Below, piece by piece: positions 37,221 through 47,054 of a stretch of 64,000 bases of DNA. Both the position numbers and the translations under genes were made by a program. Source of the DNA: Polyangiales bacterium. Its GTDB lineage: Bacteria; Myxococcota_A; Polyangia; Polyangiales; Ga0077539. The notes beneath the pieces are model-generated. The model searched no databases, was not told where the DNA came from, and saw nothing but the letters and a program-made list of their open reading frames with translations. Position 1 is the first letter of the stretch, and each line of letters starts with the position of its first letter. The stretch spans positions 99,818 to 163,817 of the forward strand of contig JBGARZ010000021.1 of NCBI GenBank assembly GCA_044229975.1. The letters are read 5' to 3'.

Positions 37221-38663
37221 CTAAGACCGCCGTCGGCGTCGACCCAGCAGCGCCATCGCCAGCGCGCCGAGCCCGAGGCTCCACCCGCGGGTGTTGCTCG
37301 TGGCGCCACCACCCACGCGGCAGTTGCAGCCTTCCTGGCCTTCGGAAAACACCTCGCCGCCGTCACTGTCGACCACACCGGCGTCGTCGGTGCTCTCGCC
37401 CGCGTCGCTGCCCACCGCGGCGTCTCGCCGGGTCACGCCCGCGTCGGTGGTGCTCGTCCCGCCGTCGCGGTCTGCGAGCGGGTCGTACGCCTCGCCCACG
37501 AGGCGCATCGTCATCTGCGGCGTCGAGGGCGCCGTCGTCGCCAGGACGAAGTCGGTCTCGAAGCGCCCTACCCGCGTCGGGGTGAAGCGCACCGAGAGCG
37601 GGCGCGTCGCGCCGCCGGTGATGCACATCGGGTCGGTCACCACCTCGAAGGCCGTCTCCGTCGGGGCGGTCGGGGTGATGAGCACCGTCTGCCGACCCGG
37701 GTTGCTGAAGGTGATGACCTCACGACCCTGGCGACCGAGCTGCACCCGACCGAGGTCGACCCGGTACTCGGGCATCGCCGTGGCGCCAGGGAGCGTGAGC
37801 CGGATGGTCTGGTCCTGCGAGATCTGCTGATCCATCCGGCTGGCGAAGGGGATCGCCTGGTTGATGGCCGTGGCCGAGCGCATCGTGCAGATGGGACCGA
37901 CGCAGAAGTTGTAGGCGATCTCGACGCGCACCCGGATGGCGCCCTGGTAGCGGAGCGAACCGTTCCAGGTGGCGGGGAGGTTCATGTCGCCGTTGGCGGT
38001 GGGCGCGACCTCGACCTCGGGCACGGTCTGCGTGATGGCCCGCATCGCCTGCGGGAAGGAGATCTCCCGGGTGCGCACCGTGGTCTCCAGCTCGTAGCTG
38101 GCCCACACGCGGTAGTGCACCACGCCCGCAACCGGAACCGTGACGTCGCCCTCGCGAATCATCCGCTCGGTGGCGGTGACGGTGACGGCGGTGTCGGTCC
38201 CATCCCACGCCCACGGGGTAAACATCCGCATCCCGCGCTCGCTGCGATCGGCCATGCCGACCCACATGGGCAGCGGCAGCGGAACCGACGCGCCCAGCAG
38301 CCGCAGCGTCAACTGGAGGCGCAGGCCGTACTGCACCGTGAGGCGCCCCATGTCGGGCGTGCCCACGGCGGTGACCAGCATGGACGGCGGCCAGCGCAGC
38401 CGCAGCGAGCCGGGCATCACCCAGTCGTAGTCCCCCTGGAGGAGCAGGTTGTAGTCGACGCCGAGGGCCGAGCCGCCAACGGCGCCCGTGAAGCCCGGAC
38501 CGAAGTCCACGGGCCCGCGCGCCGAGAACGTCACCGGCGCGTCGGCCGTGCGCACCGCGCACACCGGGTCATCCGCCCACGCGACCGTCGGCAGGGCCCA
38601 CGCCCCGGCTGCCACCGAGGCCACACACACCACGACCCGCCTCGATGGGAACCACGCGCTCAT
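37221..38663 (-). CDS. Secreted protein with Ig-like (ASH/choice-of-anchor-D-like) domain and MYXO-CTERM-type tail
   Basis: Signal peptide ..AWA; VDLGRV...ITFSNPG...VRFTP..G Ig-like domain; DAG-rich linker; EGCNCRVG...hydrophobic...RRRRRS. Confidence 0.8.
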   Translation of the reverse strand: MSAWFPSRRVVVCVASVAAGAWALPTVAWADDPVCAVRTADAPVTFSARGPVDFGPGFTGAVGGSALGVDYNLLLQGDYDWVMPGSLRLRWPPSMLVTAVGTPDMGRLTVQYGLRLQLTLRLLGASVPLPLPMWVGMADRSERGMRMFTPWAWDGTDTAVTVTATERMIREGDVTVPVAGVVHYRVWASYELETTVRTREISFPQAMRAITQTVPEVEVAPTANGDMNLPATWNGSLRYQGAIRVRVEIAYNFCVGPICTMRSATAINQAIPFASRMDQQISQDQTIRLTLPGATAMPEYRVDLGRVQLGRQGREVITFSNPGRQTVLITPTAPTETAFEVVTDPMCITGGATRPLSVRFTPTRVGRFETDFVLATTAPSTPQMTMRLVGEAYDPLADRDGGTSTTDAGVTRRDAAVGSDAGESTDDAGVVDSDGGEVFSEGQEGCNCRVGGGATSNTRGWSLGLGALAMALLGRRRRRS

Positions 38664-38716
38664 CGTGCGAGACTCTATCACGACGGTTCGCCCGACCGTT
38701 CGGGCTCCCGAGGCAC

Positions 38717-39553
38717 GTGACTGACGCAGATCTCCCCGCCGACGCCTCGGACGCCCCGTCGACGGAGCCCTGGACGCTCCCGCTCGCGCGGTGCCCCTTC
38801 GCGCTCATCGACTGCGAGATGACCGGCCCCGACCCCGCCACCGACGCCCTCCTGGAGGTCGCCGTCACGCGCGTCCTCGACGGCGCCGTGACCCGTCGCT
38901 TCGCCTCCCTCGTGCGCGCCACGGCCGCGATTCGCCCGGAGGCCCACGCGCTCCACGGCATCGACCCCGCCGAGGTCTCCGCCGCGCCGCCCTTCGCCGA
39001 GCTCGCTCCTTCGCTCGTCGAGATGCTCGATGGTGCCGTTCCTGTGATGCACGGCTGCGACCTCGACGTGGCCTTCCTCGACCGCGCCCTCGCCGACGCC
39101 GGAGCCACCCACCGCGTGGGCCCGTGCCTCGACACCGTCCGCCTCGCGCGCCGCGCCGTCCACGCTCGCCGCTACGGCCTCGCGTCGGTGTGCGCCGCCG
39201 TGGGGCTCCCGCCCGTTCGCTGGCACCGCGCCGGCGAGGACGTCGCCGCGCTCACCGCCCTCTTCGCGCGACTCTGTACCGCGCTCGCTCCCACCAGCGC
39301 CCGCGACCTCTGGCAGGTGCGCGCCGCCGACGGACCGGTGCGCGTGCGCGACACCATCGCCGCCGCCCTCGTGGCCCACGTCGGAACGTCCACGCCGCTC
39401 TCCCTCGTCGTTCGGACGCCCGGTCACGCCGAGCGCGCGCTCACGGTGCGGGTGCTGTGGTTTCGCCCGCCGCACGTCGGCCTCGCCTCCGTCGGACCGC
39501 AGCGCGCGCCGCCCATCTTGCGGGCCGATCGGGTGCTCCGCGTCGGGTTCTGA
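38717..39553 (+). CDS. DEDDh 3'-5' exonuclease (DnaQ-like)
   Basis: IDCEMTG (Exo I), LHGI, HGCDLDVAFL (Exo II), LDT, HRAGEDV (Exo III). Confidence 0.88.
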   Translation: MTDADLPADASDAPSTEPWTLPLARCPFALIDCEMTGPDPATDALLEVAVTRVLDGAVTRRFASLVRATAAIRPEAHALHGIDPAEVSAAPPFAELAPSLVEMLDGAVPVMHGCDLDVAFLDRALADAGATHRVGPCLDTVRLARRAVHARRYGLASVCAAVGLPPVRWHRAGEDVAALTALFARLCTALAPTSARDLWQVRAADGPVRVRDTIAAALVAHVGTSTPLSLVVRTPGHAERALTVRVLWFRPPHVGLASVGPQRAPPILRADRVLRVGF

Positions 39554-39638
39554 CCGCTCACCGCCCTCCGCGGGCCGCTCGCCCGTCCGGCGCTGCCACG
39601 AGCCGTCGACCGCGCGTATGGTCGGAACCACATCGCCC

Positions 39639-40706
39639 ATGAGAGAGCCGACCGTCGACCTCATCGCCCTCGCGCGGGACACCGTTCGCGAGGCCGTCGG
39701 ATCGTGGCGGCTGCCCGCGACGCTGGTGCTCGGCGTGGGCTTCGGCGCGCTGGAGTCGGCCGCCACGCACCGCAACGTCGCGCTGCTCTTCGGGCCCTTC
39801 TCGGCGCTCTACACCCTGCTGCTCGGGCCGCTCCCATGGCGCGCGCTGCTCCCATTGGAGGAGGACGGACGACGCGGCGAGAAGCTCGTGCGCGCCGTGG
39901 TGGCGCTGGCCGTCGCGACGGCGCTCTTCACGGGGCTCGTGGTGCTCTACCGCGGCTTCGCGGGCGCCGCGCACATCCCGCGGGTCTACGCGATGGGGCA
40001 GCCGCGCGAGGTGCTGGTGGCGTGGCTGCTCTTCCTCACCGGCGGCTGGGGGCTCGCGCGCGACATCCAATTGGAGCAGCGCCTCGACCGCACCCTCGGC
40101 TCGCACCAGCGCCTCGCCGCCGAGCTCGCCGCCGCGCAGCTCGACGCCTTGCGCGCCGACCTCGACCCGCACTTCCTCTTCAACGCCCTCAACGCCATCG
40201 CGAGCCAGTGCGCGAGCGACCCCGCCGCCGCCGAGGACAACATCGTCCGCCTCTCGACGCTGCTGCGCGCGGTGCTCGACACGCGCCGTCGGCCGCTGCA
40301 CCCGCTCGACGACGAGCTCGCGCTCGCGCGGGACTACACGGCGCTGCTCCAGGCGCGGTACCCGTCGCTCGCGGTGTCGGTCGTGTGCGAGGCGCCGCTC
40401 GGTGGGGTGGATGTTCCGCCGCTGGTGCTCCAACCGCTGCTCGAAAACGCCGTGCGCCACGGGCGCGTGGGCGACGGCTCCATCGACGTGTCAGCGCGGG
40501 CGGCGGGCGACGACCTCGTGCTCACGGTGAGGAGCCCGGGCGCGTTTTCGGGGCCGCGCGAGGGCGGCCTGGGGCTCGACCTGGTGCGTCGGCGCGTGGC
40601 GCTGGCGTGGGGCGAGCGCGGTGAGTTTTCCATCGGCGCAGAGGCGGCGATGACGGTGGCGACGGTGACCGCGCGCGGCGTGCTGCGCGTCGGCGGGAGG
40701 CGGTGA
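39639..40706 (+). CDS. LytS/YehU-type sensor histidine kinase
   Basis: Four TM segments, LDPHFLFNALNAI, PPLVLQPLLENAVRHG, GLGL..VRRR. Confidence 0.93.
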   Translation: MREPTVDLIALARDTVREAVGSWRLPATLVLGVGFGALESAATHRNVALLFGPFSALYTLLLGPLPWRALLPLEEDGRRGEKLVRAVVALAVATALFTGLVVLYRGFAGAAHIPRVYAMGQPREVLVAWLLFLTGGWGLARDIQLEQRLDRTLGSHQRLAAELAAAQLDALRADLDPHFLFNALNAIASQCASDPAAAEDNIVRLSTLLRAVLDTRRRPLHPLDDELALARDYTALLQARYPSLAVSVVCEAPLGGVDVPPLVLQPLLENAVRHGRVGDGSIDVSARAAGDDLVLTVRSPGAFSGPREGGLGLDLVRRRVALAWGERGEFSIGAEAAMTVATVTARGVLRVGGRR

Positions 40707-40713
40707 GACCCCA

Positions 40714-41469
40714 ATGACGGCAAGAGCAGTGATCGTGGACGACGAGGCGCCGGCGAGGCAGCGGCTGGCGCGGCTCATCAAGGAGTCGCTGGGCGACCGG
40801 GTGACGGTGGTGGGCGAGGCGAGCGACGGGGAGACGGGCCTGGCGCTCATCGAACAGGAGGGCCCCGACCTGGCCTTCGTCGACGTGCAGATGCCCGGCA
40901 TGGATGGCATCGCCATGGTGGCGCACATCCTCGCGCCCGCGCCGTATGTGATCTTCACGACGGCCCACGACCGCTACGCGCTCGATGCCTTTGATGCGGG
41001 GGCCATCGACTACCTGCTCAAGCCCTTCGACGCCGCGCGGTTGACCAAGGCCGTGGCCCGCGCCGAGTCGCTGGGGATGCGTGCGCGGGCGGAGGAGGTC
41101 CTTGCGCCGCTGCGGTCGCCGGTGAGCGCGGCGCGGCCGCTCGCCGATCGGCTGCCGGTGAGCGTGGCGGGGCGCACGCTGCTGGTGCCCGTGGCGGAGA
41201 TCTCGCACTGCGTGGTCGAGCACGAGCTGGTGACGGTTCATACGCTGAAGGGCAGCCACACGACGGACTACACGCTGGCGGCGCTGGAGGCGCGGCTCGA
41301 CACGACGCGCTTCTTCCGCGCGCACCGGGCGCTGCTGGTGAACCTCGACCACGTCGCCGTCATCGACGACATGGCCGGGGGGAGGGCGGTGCTCGTCACG
41401 CACGCGGGGGAGCGGTTGGTGGTGTCGCGGCAGTCGTCACGTCGGCTGCGGCAGCTCCTCCAGGTGTGA
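40714..41469 (+). CDS. LytTR-family response regulator
   Basis: IVDDEAPARQRL, FVDVQMPGMDG, FTTAHD, DYLLKP, FFRAHRALLVN, VSR. Confidence 0.95.
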   Translation: MTARAVIVDDEAPARQRLARLIKESLGDRVTVVGEASDGETGLALIEQEGPDLAFVDVQMPGMDGIAMVAHILAPAPYVIFTTAHDRYALDAFDAGAIDYLLKPFDAARLTKAVARAESLGMRARAEEVLAPLRSPVSAARPLADRLPVSVAGRTLLVPVAEISHCVVEHELVTVHTLKGSHTTDYTLAALEARLDTTRFFRAHRALLVNLDHVAVIDDMAGGRAVLVTHAGERLVVSRQSSRRLRQLLQV

Positions 41470-41488
41470 TGTCTCGGCACGGGAAGAA

Positions 41489-41596
41489 GGGCCGCCAGGG
41501 CGCAAGGGTCGCAAGGAAAGAGAGATGAGCGCCAACAGCAGCCCCGAAGACCGCACCACCCTTCACTCCCTTGCGACCCTCGCGCCCTGGCAGCCC
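41489..41596. repeat. REP-like inverted repeat, family B, copy 1
   Basis: GGGCCGCCAGGGCGCAAGGGTCGCAAGG (41489-41516) pairs with 41569-41596 (two mismatches); the same arm recurs at 61142. Confidence 0.88.
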
Positions 41597-41675
41597 CTTT
41601 TCTCGCAGTGAGCATTGGTCCCGCGAGCGCGATGAACGCTTGCCGTCGCGGCCGCAACGGTGATCGAACGATCCG

Positions 41676-43820
41676 GTGGAAGCGCGGCGAGCGACGGCGG
41701 GCCTGGGCGGAGGGTGGCGCGCGGTCGTCGCCCTCGGCCTCTTGTCGTGCGTCGGAGGAGGAGACGAAGCCCGCACCACCGCGTCGGCTGCGACGGCGTG
41801 TGAGGGCGTCGCCGTCTCCCCGGCACGGTACCTCCGGCAGCTCTCGTACGATCTGCGGGGCGTTCCTCCGACGCTCGCGGAGTACCGTGACGTCGCGGCG
41901 CGCGGCGCCGTGCCCGACGCCGTCATCGACGGCTACCTCCGTGATCCGCTCTTCATCGAGCGCGTGAAGCGCTGGCACGCCGACCTGCTCTGGCCGACCC
42001 TCGGCGGCTTCCAGATCCGCCTGGGCGGGTACCTCGCGACGGTCGCGGGCCGGTACCAGCTCAGCGCCAGCAACATCAACCCCGAGCGCCTCGTCGAGAT
42101 CCTCGACCGTCGCACCGACGAGGCCACGTGCCCTCCGGCGAGCGACCCGGCCCACCTCACCGCCGCCGCGTGCTGCACCGCCGCCGACCCCAATCACCCG
42201 TCGTGCTGCCTCGTTCGGAACTCGGCCTACGACCCCGACGACCCGGCCTGCGTCGCGAAGTCCATGGCCCTGCCCGCGACCTTCAGCTACGGCGCGGGCA
42301 ACGGCGACGGTGCGCTCCGCGGGATGGACACCTACCTCGGGTGCGACAGCAACCTGGAGTACCCGCCGCCCCGCGTGGCGGTCACCGAGACCCGCTGGCG
42401 GCCCGACGCCTCGGGGCGGCCCACGTACGTCTCGCCCCGCAGCGGCGCGACGCGCTTCTACTACGACGACCGCGATGTTCCGCTGCCGTACGACGACGCC
42501 ACGCACTGCCCCAACTACTGCCGCGTGGCTGCGGGGACGGGCCCCAATGGCGCCTTCGTGCGCATCGACTACGTGGCCAAGACCCGCAGCGAGGGCGGTC
42601 GCGTCATCGAGGGCGACGGCCCCGGCTTCGCGTGCCCGGCCGGAACCAACGAGGTGCAGAACCCCTGCGACAACACGGTCGCCGCGCGCCCCCAGGCGCG
42701 GGTGGAGATCCGACAGGAAGGCTTCCGTCTCACGCGCCGCTGGTGGGCCGGGTCGCACTGGATCAAGACCTGCGCCTACGAGTCCCAGGAGCGCGCCGTC
42801 AGCCTCGTCCACCCGCTGCCGTGCGACCCAGGCCGCTTCCTCGACAGCTCGTGCGGCTGCGGCCCCGATGGCCTCTTCTGCGCGCCCTTCACGGGCAACT
42901 TCAACGACTCGTCGCACACCGTCGCGCGGGTCGTCGAGGCCCTCAATCGCGAGCCCCTGGAGATCCTCGCGTCGGTGGTCGCGCGCGACGAGGACTACGC
43001 CACGGCCTTCACCACCCGACGCGGGATGGCCAACGGCGCGCTCGCGTTCATGAACCGTCACCTCACGTCGCGCATGGCCGAACTGGAGTTCACGCCGTCG
43101 GCCCCGGCCGCCGACCTCCCCGACGTCCCCTTCACCGACCCTGAGTGGCGCGAGTACCCGCGCTCTCCACAACACAGCGGCGTGCTCACGACCCCGGCCT
43201 TTCTCGCCCGCTTCCCCACGCGCCGGGCGCGCATCAACCGCTTCATGGGGGCCTTTCTGTGCCGCTCGTTTGCGCCGCGCCGCGATGCCCTGCCCGACCC
43301 GGCCGACGCCTGCCACCGCGAGACCAACCTCGCCCGTCGCTGCGGATGCAGCGGGTGCCACTCGGTGCTCGAACCCCTCGGCGCCGCGTGGGGTCGCTGG
43401 GGTGAGCGCGGCACGGCCTTTCTTTCGCCCGAGGCGTTTCCGCCCTTCGATCCAAGGTGCTCGCTGTGCATCCCGCCCGCCTGCCCGGTGCGCTGCAACC
43501 ACTACGTCACCACCGCGCTGGCCGGCTCCCCCGATCCCCACGCCGGAACCCTCCAGGCCTACGTCGACCGCACCGACCCGGAGCGGTGTCGCATCGACGA
43601 AGGCCCACGCGCCCTCGTCGCCGACGGCGTCGCGAGCGGCGACCTCCAGGAGTGCGCCGCCCGCACGCTCTGGGAGCGCCTGCTCAACCGACCGATGAGC
43701 GCGGCCGAGGGCGAGGCCGTGCTCCCGGCGCTGGTGCGTGACTTCGAGGCCAACGGTCGCAGCTATCGCGCGCTCGTTCGCGCCGTCGTCATGTCGCCCG
43801 CCTACCGGAGAATCGATTGA
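41676..43820 (+). CDS. Cys-rich lipoprotein with DUF1549-like N-terminus and DUF1588/DUF1585-like C-terminus
   Basis: GLLSC lipobox, RYLRQLSYDLRGVPPT, HSGVLTTPAFL.RFPT.RAR, CSGCHSVLEP, YRALVRAVVMSPAY. Confidence 0.75.
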   Translation: MEARRATAGLGGGWRAVVALGLLSCVGGGDEARTTASAATACEGVAVSPARYLRQLSYDLRGVPPTLAEYRDVAARGAVPDAVIDGYLRDPLFIERVKRWHADLLWPTLGGFQIRLGGYLATVAGRYQLSASNINPERLVEILDRRTDEATCPPASDPAHLTAAACCTAADPNHPSCCLVRNSAYDPDDPACVAKSMALPATFSYGAGNGDGALRGMDTYLGCDSNLEYPPPRVAVTETRWRPDASGRPTYVSPRSGATRFYYDDRDVPLPYDDATHCPNYCRVAAGTGPNGAFVRIDYVAKTRSEGGRVIEGDGPGFACPAGTNEVQNPCDNTVAARPQARVEIRQEGFRLTRRWWAGSHWIKTCAYESQERAVSLVHPLPCDPGRFLDSSCGCGPDGLFCAPFTGNFNDSSHTVARVVEALNREPLEILASVVARDEDYATAFTTRRGMANGALAFMNRHLTSRMAELEFTPSAPAADLPDVPFTDPEWREYPRSPQHSGVLTTPAFLARFPTRRARINRFMGAFLCRSFAPRRDALPDPADACHRETNLARRCGCSGCHSVLEPLGAAWGRWGERGTAFLSPEAFPPFDPRCSLCIPPACPVRCNHYVTTALAGSPDPHAGTLQAYVDRTDPERCRIDEGPRALVADGVASGDLQECAARTLWERLLNRPMSAAEGEAVLPALVRDFEANGRSYRALVRAVVMSPAYRRID

Positions 43821-44572
43821 TCCGCCCGGCCGCTCTCGTCGTCGCCGTGGTGCTCGTCGGGTGCAAGTCCGGCGCGACGACGCCGCCCACCCCGTCGCGT
43901 GACCTCTGCGCCAACGCGCGCGGCGACATGCTCCCGCGCCTCCACGGCGAGCGGCTCGACCCGCACGCCAACCCCCTCGCGCTCGATGACGCGGGGGTCG
44001 GCGACGCGGCCGTGTCCGCGCACGTCGGCCGCGCCGCGCGCCGCTTCGACGTCGATCAGTTTCGCGCCGCCCTGGAGCGCGGCCTGGGCGCCCGCTGGAC
44101 GGGTCCACGCACCATCCTGACTCCGTCGATTCCGACGGGGCCGCGACTCGTCGCTGACGCCGACCTCCTCGACTTCTACGCCGCGAACTTCGGGCGCCCC
44201 GACTACGTCAACACCACCGCGGAGGTGCTCGAACCCACCGTCATCTTCGTGAAGCTCGCCCAGGATGCCGCGCGCGCGGTCTGCGCCGAGGTCGTGCGCC
44301 TCGACGGCACGCGCCCCGCGGCCGAGCGCACCGTGCTGCTGGAGGTGTCCTCGACCGACGCGCTCCCCGCGGACGAAGCGGCGATCCGGCGCAACCTCTC
44401 GGCGCTCGCGCTCACGCTCTGGGGTGCCGAGCACGCGGCCGATAGCGCGACGGTCACGGGGATGCTGGAGGTGTTTCGCGCGGCGACGACGGCTCCCGCA
44501 ACAACGCCGCTCGATGGCTGGCGCGCGGTCTGCGTCGACCTCACCACCGACCCGCACTTCTGGACCTACTGA
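43817..44572 (+). CDS. Hypothetical lipoprotein coupled to the DUF1585-type gene
   Basis: VLVGC lipobox; GRPDY, GWRAVC..L.TDPHFWTY; 4-bp overlap with the upstream gene. Confidence 0.75.
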   Translation: MIRPAALVVAVVLVGCKSGATTPPTPSRDLCANARGDMLPRLHGERLDPHANPLALDDAGVGDAAVSAHVGRAARRFDVDQFRAALERGLGARWTGPRTILTPSIPTGPRLVADADLLDFYAANFGRPDYVNTTAEVLEPTVIFVKLAQDAARAVCAEVVRLDGTRPAAERTVLLEVSSTDALPADEAAIRRNLSALALTLWGAEHAADSATVTGMLEVFRAATTAPATTPLDGWRAVCVDLTTDPHFWTY

Positions 44573-44581
44573 TCCCGGCGA

Positions 44582-46006
44582 CTACGGTGCGAGCACCGCG
44601 CGAATCGGCGCGTCGTCGAAGCGCTCCGAGCGCTCGCCGATGGTGGCGAGGAGCGTCGCGGCGATGTTCTCCGGCTTGATGACGGTGCCGCCTTCGCGTG
44701 GGCGGTTGCTGTCGAGGTTCCAGGGCACCGGGGCCATGCCGACGTCGCTGGTGGCGCCGACGAGGGTGCCGCCGCGGATGCCCGCGCCGAGCAGCATCAG
44801 CGACCCGGCCTGGTGGTGATCGCGGCCGTTGAAGCTGTTGAACAGGGGCGCCCGCGAGAACTCCGAGAAGCCCACGACGGTCGTGTGGTCGAGGAAGGTT
44901 CCGCCTTCGGGGTGCGGGCTGGAGCGCAGGTCGTCGAGCAGCGCCACGAAGGCCGAGAGCCCCGGCTGCAACAGCCGCACGTGAACCGAGTTGGTGCCGT
45001 AGTGCGTGTCGGCGAGGTCGTTCAACGCGACGCTCACGACCTGCGACACCCCCGTCTTGATGGCCTGCGCGGCCAGCGCGGCGCGCGCTCCAGGGTGGGC
45101 CGCCTGGCCGGGAGCGAAGCCGTAGCGCGCCCGAATCGCCTCGGCGGCGGGCGTCGTCGCGCGGATGAAGTCGAAGTCGCGCCAGGTCTGGTCGCGCACG
45201 AGGCCCGCGGCGGCCTCGATGGAGCGGCGCGCGTTGGTGAGCAGGTCGCGGCGGTCGTAGACGTCGTCGGCGCAGGGCTCGGCGCGGAGCCGGCGGGCGG
45301 CGATGGCGCGCTCGACGACGTCGGGTTCGGCCGGGGTGCCGGGGCCGAGGACGAGGTTGAGGTCGTCGGCGTTTTGCACGAGCAGCGCGGTGGTGTCGCC
45401 CGGGAAGCGGTCGTTGTAGCTCTCGACCGAGACGGAGAGGTTGTTGAGCGGGCGAGCGACGCGCGGCGCCATCAGCGCGACGAGCTCGGTGGCCACGCTG
45501 GACCCGCGGGCGCTCGTGCCGACGGGAAACTGCGCCGTGAGGAAGTAGCGGTAGGCGACCTCGTGGCCGAGGGCGAGCATGTCGACGCCGCGAATGACGG
45601 CCATGCGATCGGCGAAGTCGGTGAGCTGCACCCGGGCGCCCTCGCGGTGGGCGAGCGGACCGAAGACGAAGGGAGTCCCGGGCGCAGGGACGAGCCGCGC
45701 GCGCAGGCCGTACACGCCGTCGATGTCGCCGTAGCGGAGGTCGATGAGCGTGCGGGGTCGCGCGGCGTCGGTGAAGACCGCCGGGTCGCGCGGGTCGAGC
45801 AGCAGCAGCTGGTCCCACCCGCCGGGGAAGTAGCAGAACAAGAACGCGCGCCCCGCCGGCAGCGGAACATCGGCGCGGGCGAGACGACTGAAGCCGAAGG
45901 TCCCCGCGACGGTCGCGACCCCGGCGCCGAGGGCACCCCCGAGGAGGCGCCGACGGGTCAGCGTGAAGCCCTCGCGCAGACGTCGCTCGGCCGGGGTGAC
46001 AGGCAT
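44582..46006 (-). CDS. DUF1501-family Tat-exported protein
   Basis: LTRRRLL twin-Arg signal, YFPGGWDQLL.LDP, DTH, TTVVGFSEFSRAP..N...GRDH, LLGAGIRGG. Confidence 0.85.
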   Translation of the reverse strand: MPVTPAERRLREGFTLTRRRLLGGALGAGVATVAGTFGFSRLARADVPLPAGRAFLFCYFPGGWDQLLLLDPRDPAVFTDAARPRTLIDLRYGDIDGVYGLRARLVPAPGTPFVFGPLAHREGARVQLTDFADRMAVIRGVDMLALGHEVAYRYFLTAQFPVGTSARGSSVATELVALMAPRVARPLNNLSVSVESYNDRFPGDTTALLVQNADDLNLVLGPGTPAEPDVVERAIAARRLRAEPCADDVYDRRDLLTNARRSIEAAAGLVRDQTWRDFDFIRATTPAAEAIRARYGFAPGQAAHPGARAALAAQAIKTGVSQVVSVALNDLADTHYGTNSVHVRLLQPGLSAFVALLDDLRSSPHPEGGTFLDHTTVVGFSEFSRAPLFNSFNGRDHHQAGSLMLLGAGIRGGTLVGATSDVGMAPVPWNLDSNRPREGGTVIKPENIAATLLATIGERSERFDDAPIRAVLAP

Positions 46007-46043
46007 GGGCGTCGGGTACGTTGCCGGGACGCCGCCCGGCGCT

Positions 46044-47039
46044 TCAAGGGCGCGCGCTGAATTCGACCGCGGCCCGCGCGGCGCCGCGCAGCCCGAGCGA
46101 CTCGTCGGTCACCACCCGGACGTGCACCCGCTCCACCACCGGGCGCATCCGTCCCTTGTCGCAAAACGCCTGCAAGAACCCCCCGCGCTGCACCCGCGGC
46201 AGCACCTTCGCCGCGACGCCGCCCGCCACCCAGACGCCGCCGTACGCCAGCGCCTGCAACGCGACGTCCCCGGCCTCGGCGCCGTACGCCTCCAGCATCA
46301 GGTCGAGCGTCGCTTCACACAGCGCGTCGCTGCCCGCCACCGCGCACTCGCCGATGACCGCGCCCGCGTCTTCGCGCTCCATTCGCGCGCGCACTCCCGC
46401 GCTCTCCGCCATGCCCTCGACGTCGCGCAGGAAGCGGTACACGTCGCGCAGGCCCGTCCCCGACACGACGCGCTCGACGGACACCCGCCCGCCGAGCTCC
46501 GCGCGCATCCACGCCAGCAGCCGGTCGTCGCGCTCGTTGCGGGCCGTGAAGCCCTTGTGCCCGCCTTCGCCCGGCAGCACCTGCGCCACGCCGCCGGCCG
46601 TCACGACCATCGCCTCGCCGAGGCCGGTGCCGGCGCCGATCACGACGCGCGGAGCGTTCGCGTCGAGGCGACCCTGCTGCAAGACCACGGTGTCTGCCTC
46701 GGCGACCACGAGCGTCCCCCAGGCAGCGGCGGCGAAGTCGTTGAGCAGCGTGACCGACCCGATGCCCGTCGCTTCGCCGAGCGCGTCGCCGTCCACCGTC
46801 CAGGGGAGGTTGGTGGTCTGGCAGCGGTTGTCCTCGACCGGGCCGGCGATGGCCAGGGAGGCCCGCGAGACCTTCTCCGTGAGGCCCGCGAGGTAGTCGC
46901 GAACGAAGGTGTCGAGGTCGGCGGACGAAGCGCTCTGGTAGCGGCGCTCGTCCGAGAGGGCGACGGTGCCTTCGTCGGTCAGGGTGGCGAGGGCGAGGCG
47001 GGTGGAGGTTCCGCCGATGTCACCGACGAGGAGTCGCAT
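46044..47039 (-). CDS. glk: Glucokinase
   Basis: VGDIGGT, IAGPV, TNLPW, LLNDF, IGAGTGLG, EGGH, ERVVSGTGL, F.DKGRM. Confidence 0.95.
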   Translation of the reverse strand: MRLLVGDIGGTSTRLALATLTDEGTVALSDERRYQSASSADLDTFVRDYLAGLTEKVSRASLAIAGPVEDNRCQTTNLPWTVDGDALGEATGIGSVTLLNDFAAAAWGTLVVAEADTVVLQQGRLDANAPRVVIGAGTGLGEAMVVTAGGVAQVLPGEGGHKGFTARNERDDRLLAWMRAELGGRVSVERVVSGTGLRDVYRFLRDVEGMAESAGVRARMEREDAGAVIGECAVAGSDALCEATLDLMLEAYGAEAGDVALQALAYGGVWVAGGVAAKVLPRVQRGGFLQAFCDKGRMRPVVERVHVRVVTDESLGLRGAARAAVEFSARP

Positions 47040-47054
47040 GACCCGGAAGCTATC

